Positions 10,423-19,795 of a DNA stretch of 64,000 nt are shown here, in pieces (positions within the stretch are counted from its first letter, which is position 1; every line of letters begins with the position of its first letter). The notes under the pieces were generated by a model. That model saw only the letters and a program-made list of their open reading frames with translations, was not told where the DNA came from and did not search any database. The translations under genes and the position numbers were made by a program. The DNA comes from an uncultured Bacteroidales bacterium (lineage in GTDB: Bacteria; Bacteroidota; Bacteroidia; Bacteroidales; F082), in the NCBI GenBank assembly GCA_947302205.1, contig CAMYVD010000004.1, forward strand, positions 4,218 through 68,217, given 5' to 3'.

Positions 10423-11443
10423 AGTCCAATATGATTTTGTTGAATTTTTCTTGTTGATGAATATGGATGCTGATCGGCGCCACAAAGAGCGGAACCGATT
10501 CAAACTTACAAAGGTAAGGAGAATTTATCAAACGCGCAAAATCTTTTTCGGTGGTGACCATGATTTTCTGGTCACTCGGGATTTGCTCGAATCGCTTGAG
10601 TATCGTGTTGATCTCTTTCTCGGTGTAAGCGTGATGATCGCTGAACGTGACGGTTTCTACTTGCTGATAATGGCTTGAAAGTTCTTCAATTAACGGCGTA
10701 GGATTAGCGATGCCGCAGAACAGCATGGCGGCCTGGGCCTGACCCAAATCGAATTCGTCGGCTTTGGCATTGATGGCTCTCAAAGGCTCATATTCCAAGG
10801 ATGAGAAGAATACTTCCTGATGAGGTAAGGGCTTCAATTGATTGATTATCTCAGCCTTTTGATTGTTATCCAAATCGGCGGGTGCTTTGCTTACCACGAT
10901 GATATCAGCTCGTTTGGAGGCTCCTCTCACATCACGCAAAGTGCCGACAGGAACTAAAAAATCGTTGGAATACAGCTTGTTATAGGATGTGAGCAAAATG
11001 TTAAGCCCGGCTTGGGTGCTTCGGTGTTGATAGGCGTCATCCAGCAGATAAAGCTCAGGAGGTCGGTCGATGGTTCCCATCAGTTCAATGGCTTCATTGC
11101 GGTTCTCGTCCACCGCCACCATGATATTGCTGAACTTGTTGACATACTGCAAGGGCTCGTCGCCAACGGTTTCCGATGCGCAGCCGTTATTGGCCAACTG
11201 AAAGCCTTTGGTCTTGCGACCGTAACCGCGACTGACAACGCAAACCCTGTATTGCTCCGAGAGCAGCTCAATCAAGTACGCTATGTGGGGGGTCTTGCCA
11301 GTGCCGCCTAATGCCAGATTACCCACGCAGATCACCGGTGTATCGAATCTTTTCGATTTCAAAATACGCCAATCGTACAGCTTATGCCTGATACTCAGGA
11401 TAATATGGTACAAAAACGCTATGGGTGACAGCAAAATCTTCAT
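10394..11443 (-). CDS. lpxK: Tetraacyldisaccharide 4'-kinase
   Basis: P-loop GNLALGGTGKTP; 349 aa. Confidence 0.85.
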   Translation of the reverse strand: MKILLSPIAFLYHIILSIRHKLYDWRILKSKRFDTPVICVGNLALGGTGKTPHIAYLIELLSEQYRVCVVSRGYGRKTKGFQLANNGCASETVGDEPLQYVNKFSNIMVAVDENRNEAIELMGTIDRPPELYLLDDAYQHRSTQAGLNILLTSYNKLYSNDFLVPVGTLRDVRGASKRADIIVVSKAPADLDNNQKAEIINQLKPLPHQEVFFSSLEYEPLRAINAKADEFDLGQAQAAMLFCGIANPTPLIEELSSHYQQVETVTFSDHHAYTEKEINTILKRFEQIPSDQKIMVTTEKDFARLINSPYLCKFESVPLFVAPISIHIHQQEKFNKIILDYVRKNAHHG

Positions 11444-11499
11444 ATTGGGGTCAAAAATAGAGATTTTTCCCTAATTTTGATGCACTAAACCACGAAAAT

Positions 11500-12294
11500 A
11501 TGACCGTTAAGGAGATTATGAACTGCATTACGGAGATTGCGCCGTTGCAGTGGCAAGAAGATTACGACAATGCAGGGCTTCAGGTGGGCGACGTGAACGC
11601 CGAGGTCCATAAGGCGTTGATTGCCTTGGATGTGACAGAGGAATTGGTTGATGAGGCCATTGCCAAGCAGTGTGACCTGATTGTTAGCCATCATCCGCTG
11701 ATTTTCAGAGGGTTGAAGCATCTGACGCCGCAGACCTACATCGAGCGTGTAGTGATGAAAGCCATCAAGCACGACATTGCGATCGTTTCCATGCATACCA
11801 ATCTGGATAATAGTTATCTGGGCGTTAGCCGAGTGTTGGCCGACCAATTGGGCTTGACGAATCTGCACCTCCTTCAGCCTTCAGTGGATGAGCCTGAATT
11901 ATGCGGCGCTGGCATGATCGGAGAGTTTGGCCAGCCGATGAAAGAGGTTGATTTTCTGAATCTTGTCGCTGAAACGATTGGTTCACCATGTCTGAAACAT
12001 TCTGCTTTGACAGGTAGGATGATTCATAAAGTGGCTTTATGTGGCGGTTCTGGCACGCCTTTCATGCCCGATGCCCTTCGCCAAAAAGCCGACGCTTACC
12101 TTACTGCCGACATCAAATACCACGACTATTTTGTGCCTGAAGGCAATATTCTGTTGGTGGATGGCGGACATTTTGAGACCGAGCAGTTTACAAAAGAATT
12201 AATTAAGGTCTTGATAAAGAAAAAAATTCCTACCTTTGCAGCCGAAATCGCCGAGACCAATACCAACGCGGTTCACTATTTTTGTAAAAAATAA
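11500..12294 (+). CDS. Nif3-like dinuclear metal centre protein
   Basis: ..WQEDYDNAGLQVG.. and ..SHHPLIF..; 264 aa. Confidence 0.8.
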   Translation: MTVKEIMNCITEIAPLQWQEDYDNAGLQVGDVNAEVHKALIALDVTEELVDEAIAKQCDLIVSHHPLIFRGLKHLTPQTYIERVVMKAIKHDIAIVSMHTNLDNSYLGVSRVLADQLGLTNLHLLQPSVDEPELCGAGMIGEFGQPMKEVDFLNLVAETIGSPCLKHSALTGRMIHKVALCGGSGTPFMPDALRQKADAYLTADIKYHDYFVPEGNILLVDGGHFETEQFTKELIKVLIKKKIPTFAAEIAETNTNAVHYFCKK

Positions 12295-12308
12295 ATCTAA
12301 TCATAGCT

Positions 12309-13094
12309 ATGGCAGAGAAAAAAGAAGTCAAGAACATGCTCAACGAAGAACAAGTTGAGATCAGCATCGAACAGAAGTTAGAGGCGCTGTATACCTTGCA
12401 ACAGGTGGACTCGAAGATTGACAAGATCCGTGCTTATCGTGGCGAGTTGCCTCTGGAGGTCCAGGATTTGGAAGACGAGGTTGCCGGTCTGGAAACCCGT
12501 ATCAACAACTTCCAGGAGGACACCAAAAAGTTCAATACCGAGATAGCCAACTACAAGATCAAGATCAAGGAAGCTGAGGCGCTGATCAAGAAATATGAGG
12601 ACCAGCAGAACAATGTTCGCAACAACCGCGAGTACGATTCCATCAGCAAAGAGATCGAGTACCAGCAGCTTGACATTCAGCTTAGCGAGAAGAGAATCAG
12701 AGAGGCTACTGCCAAATCAGAAGACATCGCCGCTAAGATCGGGGCTGCCCAACAGCGCCTTGAGGAACGCAAGAACGACTTGACTGCCAAGAAGGATGAG
12801 CTCAATTCCATCGTTGAGGAGACTCAGAAAGAAGAAGAAACCCTGCTGAAACGCTCTGCCGAGTGCGAAGGTTTGATTGAGGAACGTCTGTTGGTGGCTT
12901 ACAAGCGCATTCGCAAGAACGCCCGCAACGGTTTGGCTGTGGTTGGTATCAACCGTGACGCTTGCGGCGGCTGCTTCAACAAGATTCCTCCGCAACACCA
13001 ACTCGATATCTGCACGCACAAGAAGATCATCGTTTGCGAGTACTGCGGACGTATCCTTGTCGATAAGGAAATCATTGAGAAATACCACGAATAA
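12309..13094 (+). CDS. Coiled-coil protein with a C-terminal C4 zinc ribbon (DUF164-like Nif3 partner)
   Basis: Long heptad-like region followed by CGGCFNKIPP..CEYCGRIL. This is the conserved neighbour of Nif3. Confidence 0.7.
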   Translation: MAEKKEVKNMLNEEQVEISIEQKLEALYTLQQVDSKIDKIRAYRGELPLEVQDLEDEVAGLETRINNFQEDTKKFNTEIANYKIKIKEAEALIKKYEDQQNNVRNNREYDSISKEIEYQQLDIQLSEKRIREATAKSEDIAAKIGAAQQRLEERKNDLTAKKDELNSIVEETQKEEETLLKRSAECEGLIEERLLVAYKRIRKNARNGLAVVGINRDACGGCFNKIPPQHQLDICTHKKIIVCEYCGRILVDKEIIEKYHE

Positions 13095-13097
13095 AAC

Positions 13098-13128
13098 AAA
13101 AAGCCGCTCAACCGAGCGGCTTTTTTTA
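13098..13128. terminator. Bidirectional hairpin terminator
   Basis: Stem aagccgctc/gagcggctt, flanked by an A-run and a T7 run. It sits between convergent genes. Confidence 0.7.
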
Positions 13129-14646
13129 TTCAATCCTGAATTTCAACGTGACCATCAGTTTGTTGCGCCAAAGGTGCTGAACCACCTCTCCAGCCACATT
13201 CTGATCCTCCTCGAAATAGCTGTAGGGAGTGTATCCCGTCGTACATTCAGTGAGCTCATAGGCGAAATCCCAAGAGACACTTGGACTGGTGGCATAGCCC
13301 AAGCCCAATGCGAATTTCTTTACACTGCCGTAATCCTCGCCGAAGCCGTATGGGCTGCCGTAATAGGCTGCGCCGCAGCGTAGGAAGAACTGCCGCACTC
13401 GCCATTCCGTGCCAATCCTGATGTTGCAAGTGGGCTTCAGGATGTTCTTGATGCCGTTGTTGACGTCGTCGAAAGAATATTCGTAACTTGTGAATCTGGA
13501 GGTGCCGTAATCCATGTATTCCACGTCGGTAGTGATCACTCCTCTTTGTCCGATGATGAATGCGACGCTACCGATAAACGTGTGTGGCGTGCGGAAGTCA
13601 TAAGTCTGATAGAACAATGGTGAGAGACGGCGGTGATAGGGCGTTCCGTCAGGGCTGTCTTTCAATGCGGTGCTGATTTCGGTGGACCAGGTCTCACCGA
13701 AGGTGTAAAGCGTTCTTGAGTGCCATGCTACTCCAATTCTCAGCCAACTGGTAGGGTAATAAATCACACCCAATTTACCATTTACACCCCAAGCAGTGTC
13801 ACCCAATACTTCGGTATAGTCCCATGTTTCAAAAAGGGTGCTGGGATCCTTGTCGTCGCCAGGCGTTTCGGTGTATTTTCGAGCGCTGGAGCGCTTGAGG
13901 TGCGATAGCCCGAAGCTGGCACCTATGAACAGCTTGTCGTACATATTGGTGCTTAAGGCAAAGGTCCACTCGTCGGCACGCCCTTTTGAACTGATGCTGT
14001 TTTGCTGATTGACATTGCCTGGAGGAACGGGACTGTCATAATAAATATTTCCCAATGAGTCGGTATATTGGTCAAATAGGTAGGTCTCCCAGGCAGGGCT
14101 GAGGTCGTATGGATAGTTGTCGCTCAGATAGTCGCTGACATTCGTGCTGGGATCAAAGAGCTGGCCGATGCCGTTGACGGTTTGCAGGAAAGCGTCTACC
14201 ATCGAGTTGTTTGGGTTGAGACCCCGGGCGATGCTGTTGAAGTTGAAGTCGTTGATGCGGGTGAGCCCGATGCCGAACTGAATGTAACGCACGGCCTCGT
14301 AATTGCTGAACCGAGGAGCGAACACCACACCCAAACTAGGGATGGTCATCCTCATTCTACTGTCGCTTTGGCTGCTGCCGTAATAGCTTGATTGCACCAA
14401 GGCGTGTTGCAATCCTGTGGTGAAAGTGAATTCCTGTGCCCGATACAGGCCCATGCCCGCAGGGTTGATACAGGTGGCCGTAGCATCGCCTCCCAAGGCT
14501 CCCGTGGCATTGCCCATGGCCATGCTGCGCGAGGTGCCTTCGTATAAAGCTTGGGAGTTGAGGATGGCATCATTCACACCCTGGGCGAAAAGCCCAAGAG
14601 GAAGAAGGAGTAAGGCGTATAATAGGGTTCTCAAAGTTCGTGTCAT
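13126..14646 (-). CDS. FadL/TodX/PorV-family outer-membrane beta-barrel protein
   Basis: I chose the start at MTRTLRTLLYALLLLPLGLFAQ (signal peptide). N-terminal hatch-like motif GTSRSMAMGNATGALGGDATATCINPAGMG. The rest is rich in aromatic and Gly residues in a beta-strand pattern. Confidence 0.55.
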   Translation of the reverse strand: MTRTLRTLLYALLLLPLGLFAQGVNDAILNSQALYEGTSRSMAMGNATGALGGDATATCINPAGMGLYRAQEFTFTTGLQHALVQSSYYGSSQSDSRMRMTIPSLGVVFAPRFSNYEAVRYIQFGIGLTRINDFNFNSIARGLNPNNSMVDAFLQTVNGIGQLFDPSTNVSDYLSDNYPYDLSPAWETYLFDQYTDSLGNIYYDSPVPPGNVNQQNSISSKGRADEWTFALSTNMYDKLFIGASFGLSHLKRSSARKYTETPGDDKDPSTLFETWDYTEVLGDTAWGVNGKLGVIYYPTSWLRIGVAWHSRTLYTFGETWSTEISTALKDSPDGTPYHRRLSPLFYQTYDFRTPHTFIGSVAFIIGQRGVITTDVEYMDYGTSRFTSYEYSFDDVNNGIKNILKPTCNIRIGTEWRVRQFFLRCGAAYYGSPYGFGEDYGSVKKFALGLGYATSPSVSWDFAYELTECTTGYTPYSYFEEDQNVAGEVVQHLWRNKLMVTLKFRIE

Positions 14647-14704
14647 AAAAAAAGGACTATCTTTAGTCTGCAAAGATAGTCCTTTTTGGTTTATGTCGGT
14701 TTTT

Positions 14705-16018
14705 TTAACGTCTTCCGCCGCCGCTGCGACCACCGCCGCCACCGCTGCTGCGACCTCCACCGCTGCTGTGGCTTCCGCCGCCACCGCCTCCACGGCTGCC
14801 GCTGCTATGGCTGCTGGAGCTGCTGCTACGGCTGCTGCCGCTGTTATAGCTTGGACTGCTGCTTCTCGAGGATGAGCTGCTGTGGTTGTAGCTTCCGCTG
14901 TTGCGACTGCTGGAGCTGCTTGAGGATGGTCTGCTCATGCTGCCGTTTGAGGATGGTCTGCTCGTTGAGGAGTTCGGGCGCACGTATTCGGAGCTTGAGC
15001 GTGACTGACGGTTGTCGCTGGGTGAGGTGTAGCTCTTGCGACCTGTTGAGGAGCTCGAGCTGCTAGGACGAGTGGTGCTGCTTGTTCCTGTGCTGGGACG
15101 TGCGGTACTTCCAGCGGTGGGGCGACTGCTTGCCGTAGGTCTGCTACCCGTTGTCGGCCTTCCACTTACCGATGGTCTTCCGCTTGTCGATGGTCTTCCG
15201 CTTGCCGATGGCCTGGTGGTTGCTGATGGCCTGGCATTGGCAGTAGGTCTGGCATTTGAAGTGGTAGGTCTTGAGACACCTGCACCGGTAGTACCACGAC
15301 CACCGTTGTTTTGAGGCGTGCGGTAACTCATGGAGCCTGGCGTGTTGTTGCGGTGGACGCTAGCCACGTAGTTGCCGAAATCGTTGTGCCCGTAACCATG
15401 TCCGTAACCTCCGTGACCATAGTAGTGATGGTGATGATGGTGGTGGTGGTGATGCGGATGATACCAATAGTGGTCATACCAAGCCCAATGAGGTCCGTAC
15501 CAATAGTAAGGGCGGTACCAGTAATAGTCGTAATACCAGGGGTTGTAATAACCGTAGTAGGGAGAATAGTAGAAGCTGAAACCGAAGGGGTAAAAGCCCC
15601 AGTTCCAGGAGTCGCCTATATAAACATAGGTGTTGCCGCCGGTGTAGTAGTCGTCATAATAATCCAGTGTGGAGCTGGCTCCGCTGCCGAAGCGCTTGAT
15701 GCGTGCCGCATAGTCGGCATCGTAGTAGGTTTCAGTGGTGGTATAGACCACGCCGTTGGTGTCGGTCACGGTTTCGGTGGTCTGGTACACTGGCTCCGTG
15801 TTGGGCACGTAGTTCTTACTGTCGGTGTAATAAGCCTGGTAGTCGTAAGTGGAAGTACCAGTGCTTGGAGTAATGGTGCCGCCGTTGCTGCGAACCTGTG
15901 AGCTATGGCTGTTGTATGGCGAGTAGTAGGTGTCGTCATAAGCCGTTCTCTTGCTTGATGAGCAGCCTGCGATCATCAGTGCTGCAAGCATCACGGGAAT
16001 TATTCTAAGCGTTTTCAT
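14705..16018 (-). CDS. Low-complexity lipoprotein (Tyr/Trp block, His10, GHGxY-like, RP(S/T)xxx repeats, Ser-rich region, RGG-like tail)
   Basis: Lipoprotein signal MKTLRIIPVMLAALMIAGC. This is the only frame with a signal peptide and a consistent start. The H10 tract is encoded at 15425-15454. Confidence 0.6.
   Translation of the reverse strand: MKTLRIIPVMLAALMIAGCSSSKRTAYDDTYYSPYNSHSSQVRSNGGTITPSTGTSTYDYQAYYTDSKNYVPNTEPVYQTTETVTDTNGVVYTTTETYYDADYAARIKRFGSGASSTLDYYDDYYTGGNTYVYIGDSWNWGFYPFGFSFYYSPYYGYYNPWYYDYYWYRPYYWYGPHWAWYDHYWYHPHHHHHHHHHHYYGHGGYGHGYGHNDFGNYVASVHRNNTPGSMSYRTPQNNGGRGTTGAGVSRPTTSNARPTANARPSATTRPSASGRPSTSGRPSVSGRPTTGSRPTASSRPTAGSTARPSTGTSSTTRPSSSSSSTGRKSYTSPSDNRQSRSSSEYVRPNSSTSRPSSNGSMSRPSSSSSSSRNSGSYNHSSSSSRSSSPSYNSGSSRSSSSSSHSSGSRGGGGGGSHSSGGGRSSGGGGGRSGGGRR
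15101..15271 (-). repeat. About 9 tandem 18-nt repeats encoding RP(S/T)xxx hexapeptides
   Basis: The + strand reads cgatggtcttccgcttgt / cgatggtcttccgcttgc / cgatggcctggtggttgc and so on. Translated, this gives RPTANA RPSATT RPSASG RPSTSG RPSVSG RPTTGS RPTASS. Confidence 0.8.
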
Positions 16019-16039
16019 CGTATTATGTATTTAATTTTC

Positions 16040-16047
16040 TATTTTTG
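16040..16047 (+). promoter_or_regulatory. -7 box TATTTTTG upstream of proS
   Basis: Matches TAnnTTTG. Confidence 0.4.
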
Positions 16048-16091
16048 CAGTCTGAAAAAACAAGTAAGAAATATACAAATATTATACCAAG

Positions 16092-17564
16092 ATGGCAAAG
16101 GAATTAACAACTCGCAAAGAAAATTATTCGCAATGGTACAACGACCTGGTAGTGAAGGCCGATTTGGCGGAGCAATCCGCGGTTAGAGGATGCATGGTGA
16201 TCAAGCCTTATGGCTATGCGATCTGGGAGTTCATGCACGACGCCTTGGACAAGATGTTCAAGGAGACCGGACACGTGAACGCCTATTTCCCGCTGTTCAT
16301 CCCCAAGAGTTTCTTCAGCCGTGAGGCCGACCATGTGGAAGGTTTTGCCAAGGAGTGCGCCGTGGTGACTCACCACCGCCTGATGAACGATCCTAACGGC
16401 AATGGCGTGGTGGTTGATCCTTCAGCCAAGCTTGAAGAAGAGCTGATTGTCCGTCCTACTTCTGAGACCATCATTTGGGACACCTACCGCAACTGGGTGA
16501 AGAGCTACCGCGACCTCCCGATCCTCTGCAACCAATGGGCCAACGTGGTTCGCTGGGAGATGCGTACCCGTTTGTTCCTCCGCACGGCCGAGTTCCTGTG
16601 GCAGGAAGGTCACACGGCTCACGCCACCATGGAAGAGGCTGAAGCCGAGGCTAAGAAGATGCTGGGTGTCTACACTGACTTTGCTGAAAAGTGGTTGGCA
16701 ATTCCTGTGTATCAAGGTGTTAAGTCGGCTAACGAACGTTTTGCCGGTGCTTTGAATACCTATTGCATCGAAGCCATGATGCAGGACGGCAAGGCCTTGC
16801 AGGCTGGTACTTCGCACTTCTTGGGCCAGAACTTTGCCAAGGCTTTCGACGTGAAGTTCCTCAACAAGGAGAACAAACTCGAGTATGTGTGGGCTACCTC
16901 ATGGGGTGTTTCCACCCGCTTGATGGGCGCTTTGATCATGTCGCACTCCGACGACGACGGTTTGGTGCTGCCTCCAAAGATCGCCCCGATCCAAGTGGTT
17001 ATCGTGCCCATTTACAAGAACGACGAGGAGAAGGCTTTGACCTTTGGCCGTTGCGAAGAGATGAGGCAACAACTTGTGAACGCCGGTCTGCGTGTGAAGT
17101 TCGATGACCGCGATACCCAAAAGCCTGGCTTCAAGTTCCACGAGTGGGAGCTCAAGGGCGTTCCAGTACGTTTGGTGGTTGGTCCTCGCGATGTCAACGA
17201 AGGCACGGTGGAACTGGCTCGCCGCGATACCATGAGCAAGGAATCAACTTCTTACGAAGGCATCGTTGCCAAGGTCCTTGGCTTGATGGAAGAGATTCAG
17301 GCGAACCTCTATCAGAAAGCCCTGAAATACCGCAACGACAACACTTACGATGTCAACACCTGGGACGAGTTCAAGGCTCAGATTGAGAAGGGCGGCTTCG
17401 TACACGCTTTCTGGGATGGCACTACCGAGACCGAACTGAAGATCAAGGAGGAGACCAAAGCCACCTTGCGTTTCATCCCGCTTGATGTCAAGGAAGAGGA
17501 AGGCGTGGATGTCTATTCAGGCAAGCCTGCCAAGATGAGAGTGTATTTCGCTAAGGCCTACTGA
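16092..17564 (+). CDS. proS: Proline--tRNA ligase (archaeal/eukaryote-like type)
   Basis: 490 aa. Class II aaRS core with the C-terminal ..FAKAY ending typical of this ProRS type. Confidence 0.9.
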   Translation: MAKELTTRKENYSQWYNDLVVKADLAEQSAVRGCMVIKPYGYAIWEFMHDALDKMFKETGHVNAYFPLFIPKSFFSREADHVEGFAKECAVVTHHRLMNDPNGNGVVVDPSAKLEEELIVRPTSETIIWDTYRNWVKSYRDLPILCNQWANVVRWEMRTRLFLRTAEFLWQEGHTAHATMEEAEAEAKKMLGVYTDFAEKWLAIPVYQGVKSANERFAGALNTYCIEAMMQDGKALQAGTSHFLGQNFAKAFDVKFLNKENKLEYVWATSWGVSTRLMGALIMSHSDDDGLVLPPKIAPIQVVIVPIYKNDEEKALTFGRCEEMRQQLVNAGLRVKFDDRDTQKPGFKFHEWELKGVPVRLVVGPRDVNEGTVELARRDTMSKESTSYEGIVAKVLGLMEEIQANLYQKALKYRNDNTYDVNTWDEFKAQIEKGGFVHAFWDGTTETELKIKEETKATLRFIPLDVKEEEGVDVYSGKPAKMRVYFAKAY

Positions 17565-18501
17565 TAATCGTATCAAGGATATTCTCAGGCTTAAGGCCTG
17601 ATCTGATGAGGCTCAGAGGGCAATAGTAGGTGGTGTCAACCGTGTCGCTAGGTATCCATCCTTCATCGGGATCGAGATGCCCCCAATGAATCACTTTTCC
17701 GGGTTTTGTATATCGGGCGTAATACACACGCCCGATGTTGTCATTCATTGCGATGATTTGCTTGAAAGCCTTTGCATAGACGGTATTGGTGCCAAAATAG
17801 TTGATCCTATGGTATAAGCTGGACTCCATGTTGAGACAGTTGATGATCCCGTGGCACTCGTAGTTGCCGTAAGTTTCCGCACGGACACAGCTTCCTTTGA
17901 CATTGATGCTGGAAGTGCCCATCATGTATTTGGTTATCAATCGATAGCAGTTTGTCAAGACAGTGAAATCTCCCGACCCTCCGTTGATCTCAAGCATGAG
18001 ATTGGGGGTGAGCGAATAAAAGATATCACCGCTGTCAGTGGAGAAATCGGTCCAGCTGTCATAGCCTCTCAGCGTATCGGTGTTGATGATGCCGTTGGAA
18101 TTGAAGATGAGCATGAGCAAGGAGTCGTAATAAACGGTCATCTCAAGCGTATAGTCGTAGGGGCGAAGGAAATCGAGCGTGTTTTCGTTCCTGATCACGA
18201 GCTTGTTGAGCGTTAGCGTTTCGATGCCTTCGTTATTGACGGTTTCAATGCGATGTTCCTCAAATTCAGTGGTGATTTGGTCTATCAGGTTTTCGCCGGT
18301 TTTGACGATGATTTTGCCAGCGGGATTGACGGCATCAGCATGCTTCAACGTGACATTGATGTTGTCACACATCTCAATGACTTGGAACGGGGTGTCCAAT
18401 CGGTATTGCTTCTCGGTTACGTTGCCGTTGGAGAACTTCTTGCAGGAGAAGCACAATAGGCTAATGCAAGCCAGGAGCAGTATGTCGAGTCTTCTTTTCA
18501 T
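17551..18501 (-). CDS. Lipoprotein, possibly DUF2807/GIN-domain-like
   Basis: Signal plus lipobox (LLCFSC). Repetitive beta-strand-like segments. The family assignment is uncertain. Confidence 0.4.
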   Translation of the reverse strand: MKRRLDILLLACISLLCFSCKKFSNGNVTEKQYRLDTPFQVIEMCDNINVTLKHADAVNPAGKIIVKTGENLIDQITTEFEEHRIETVNNEGIETLTLNKLVIRNENTLDFLRPYDYTLEMTVYYDSLLMLIFNSNGIINTDTLRGYDSWTDFSTDSGDIFYSLTPNLMLEINGGSGDFTVLTNCYRLITKYMMGTSSINVKGSCVRAETYGNYECHGIINCLNMESSLYHRINYFGTNTVYAKAFKQIIAMNDNIGRVYYARYTKPGKVIHWGHLDPDEGWIPSDTVDTTYYCPLSLIRSGLKPENILDTIISRP

Positions 18502-19726
18502 GGTTGAGATAGTATTTTTGGTTGAAGCGGTATCCCAGGCCGAAGCAGAGATAGTCGGCCCTGCCGAAATGAGTCATCAGGGCGACATGGGCGTAGATGT
18601 TGTCGTAGATCCGATAGCGTGCGGTGACTTTCTGGAAAATGTTGCCTTTGCTGAGATCGGTGAACTTGTTGTATTTCAGGTGCCAGCCGAACTCAAAGTA
18701 ATACGAGAGCCGGTTCATCGTCAAGGAATAGCATAAGCTGAGGTTGAGCTTGGCCATCTGGTAAGGCTGGATGACGTACGTCTTGGCTCCCTCTTTCTCG
18801 TAGACTGTAACCTCAATGCCTCCATCAACGAGCTTATGGCCGGGGAGTCGCTGGTCGGACATGTCGAGCACCAGCGAGAGGCCGAATCCCGCGCGGCTGT
18901 ATTGCGTGAATTGCCCAAGGAAGAAAGCGGAAAGGTCATGCACGGGGTAAAAATAAGCGGAATCGCCACCCAAGGTCTGCGACACGTTCTTGAACCCGAT
19001 GCCGTAGTCCAAATCGAGGGAGAGCCATTTTTTCTTGTCGAACTCAAAAGGGTAGTACTGTGGACGCCATCCCGGATTCTCATTGCCTCGAGGACGGGCG
19101 AGGTGGTAGGCCAGTCCCCATGCTCCGCTGATGGTGTTCAAACCGTAGTTGGGCAACTTGGTGCTTCCGTTGGAGAAATGCGTCAGGCCGATGGAGGCTA
19201 CTGACATCAACCTGTCAGTGATTCGCTGCCGGTATTCGAATGAAAGGTTTACGGCGGCGTTCAGGTGCGATCCGATGGAGAAGTTGTAGTAGTTGCTGCT
19301 TTCATAAGGCTCGAAATGGCTGGTGAGATAGCCTAAACCAATGCCGAGCTTAAAGGTTATCTGGCTGTTTTGGTTGTTGTTGAGCGGATAGCTGATGAAA
19401 GGATAGAGCGCATACGCCCGCCCTAACTCCTTAAAGCCTCCCAGGTTGGAGTGGTAGAAGGTGAGGCCGATGTAGGGATAGTTGAAGTCGGCTTCCCATG
19501 CCTTTTTGCCGAAGGTCCTTGTGTACACCGAGGCTTCGATGGCGCCGTAATGCGCGTTGAACTTTTCCATCTCGAAGTGGTGGTGGTAGAAGAATCCATA
19601 ATGCACACGGGCCTCGACCATGATGTTGTTATGCTTCGCCCACAAAAACTCTTGTCCCTTGGCTGTCGAGCCAAGAGCCATCAGGAACGCCAATATTCCG
19701 ATAACAAATGCCTTTGTGGGTTTCAT
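18461..19726 (-). CDS. Acyloxyacyl hydrolase / PagL-like lipid A deacylase family outer-membrane protein
   Basis: I chose the start at MKPTKAFVIGILAFLMALG. HFSNG motif (HxSNG) and beta-barrel-like composition. Its 3' end overlaps the next gene by 41 nt. Confidence 0.55.
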   Translation of the reverse strand: MKPTKAFVIGILAFLMALGSTAKGQEFLWAKHNNIMVEARVHYGFFYHHHFEMEKFNAHYGAIEASVYTRTFGKKAWEADFNYPYIGLTFYHSNLGGFKELGRAYALYPFISYPLNNNQNSQITFKLGIGLGYLTSHFEPYESSNYYNFSIGSHLNAAVNLSFEYRQRITDRLMSVASIGLTHFSNGSTKLPNYGLNTISGAWGLAYHLARPRGNENPGWRPQYYPFEFDKKKWLSLDLDYGIGFKNVSQTLGGDSAYFYPVHDLSAFFLGQFTQYSRAGFGLSLVLDMSDQRLPGHKLVDGGIEVTVYEKEGAKTYVIQPYQMAKLNLSLCYSLTMNRLSYYFEFGWHLKYNKFTDLSKGNIFQKVTARYRIYDNIYAHVALMTHFGRADYLCFGLGYRFNQKYYLNHEKKTRHTAPGLH

Positions 19727-19768
19727 AACAGAATAAACTGCAAAAATACTCATTTATTTTTAAATGCT

Positions 19769-19776
19769 TATTTTTG
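19769..19776 (+). promoter_or_regulatory. -7 box TATTTTTG upstream of mazG
   Basis: Matches TAnnTTTG, 20 nt upstream of the ATG at 19796. Confidence 0.4.
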
Positions 19777-19795
19777 CATTTTCAAAACTATTGTT

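Noticed and set aside
14647-14793. Ala-rich 49-aa N-terminal extension of the barrel gene in the ORF track (MEAVAAEATAAVEV..).
   Set aside because: The extension runs into the repeat-derived 3' end of the upstream gene. A canonical signal peptide begins at the internal Met (14646).
14417-15901. Multiple overlapping ORFs in all frames and on both strands across the low-complexity gene (14417-14875, 14686-15066, 15036-15314 and 15311-15901 on +; 14935-15165 on -).
   Set aside because: These are a by-product of the repetitive, stop-poor DNA. Only the - strand frame from 16018 has a lipoprotein signal and a start that sits at a sensible distance from the divergent proS promoter region.
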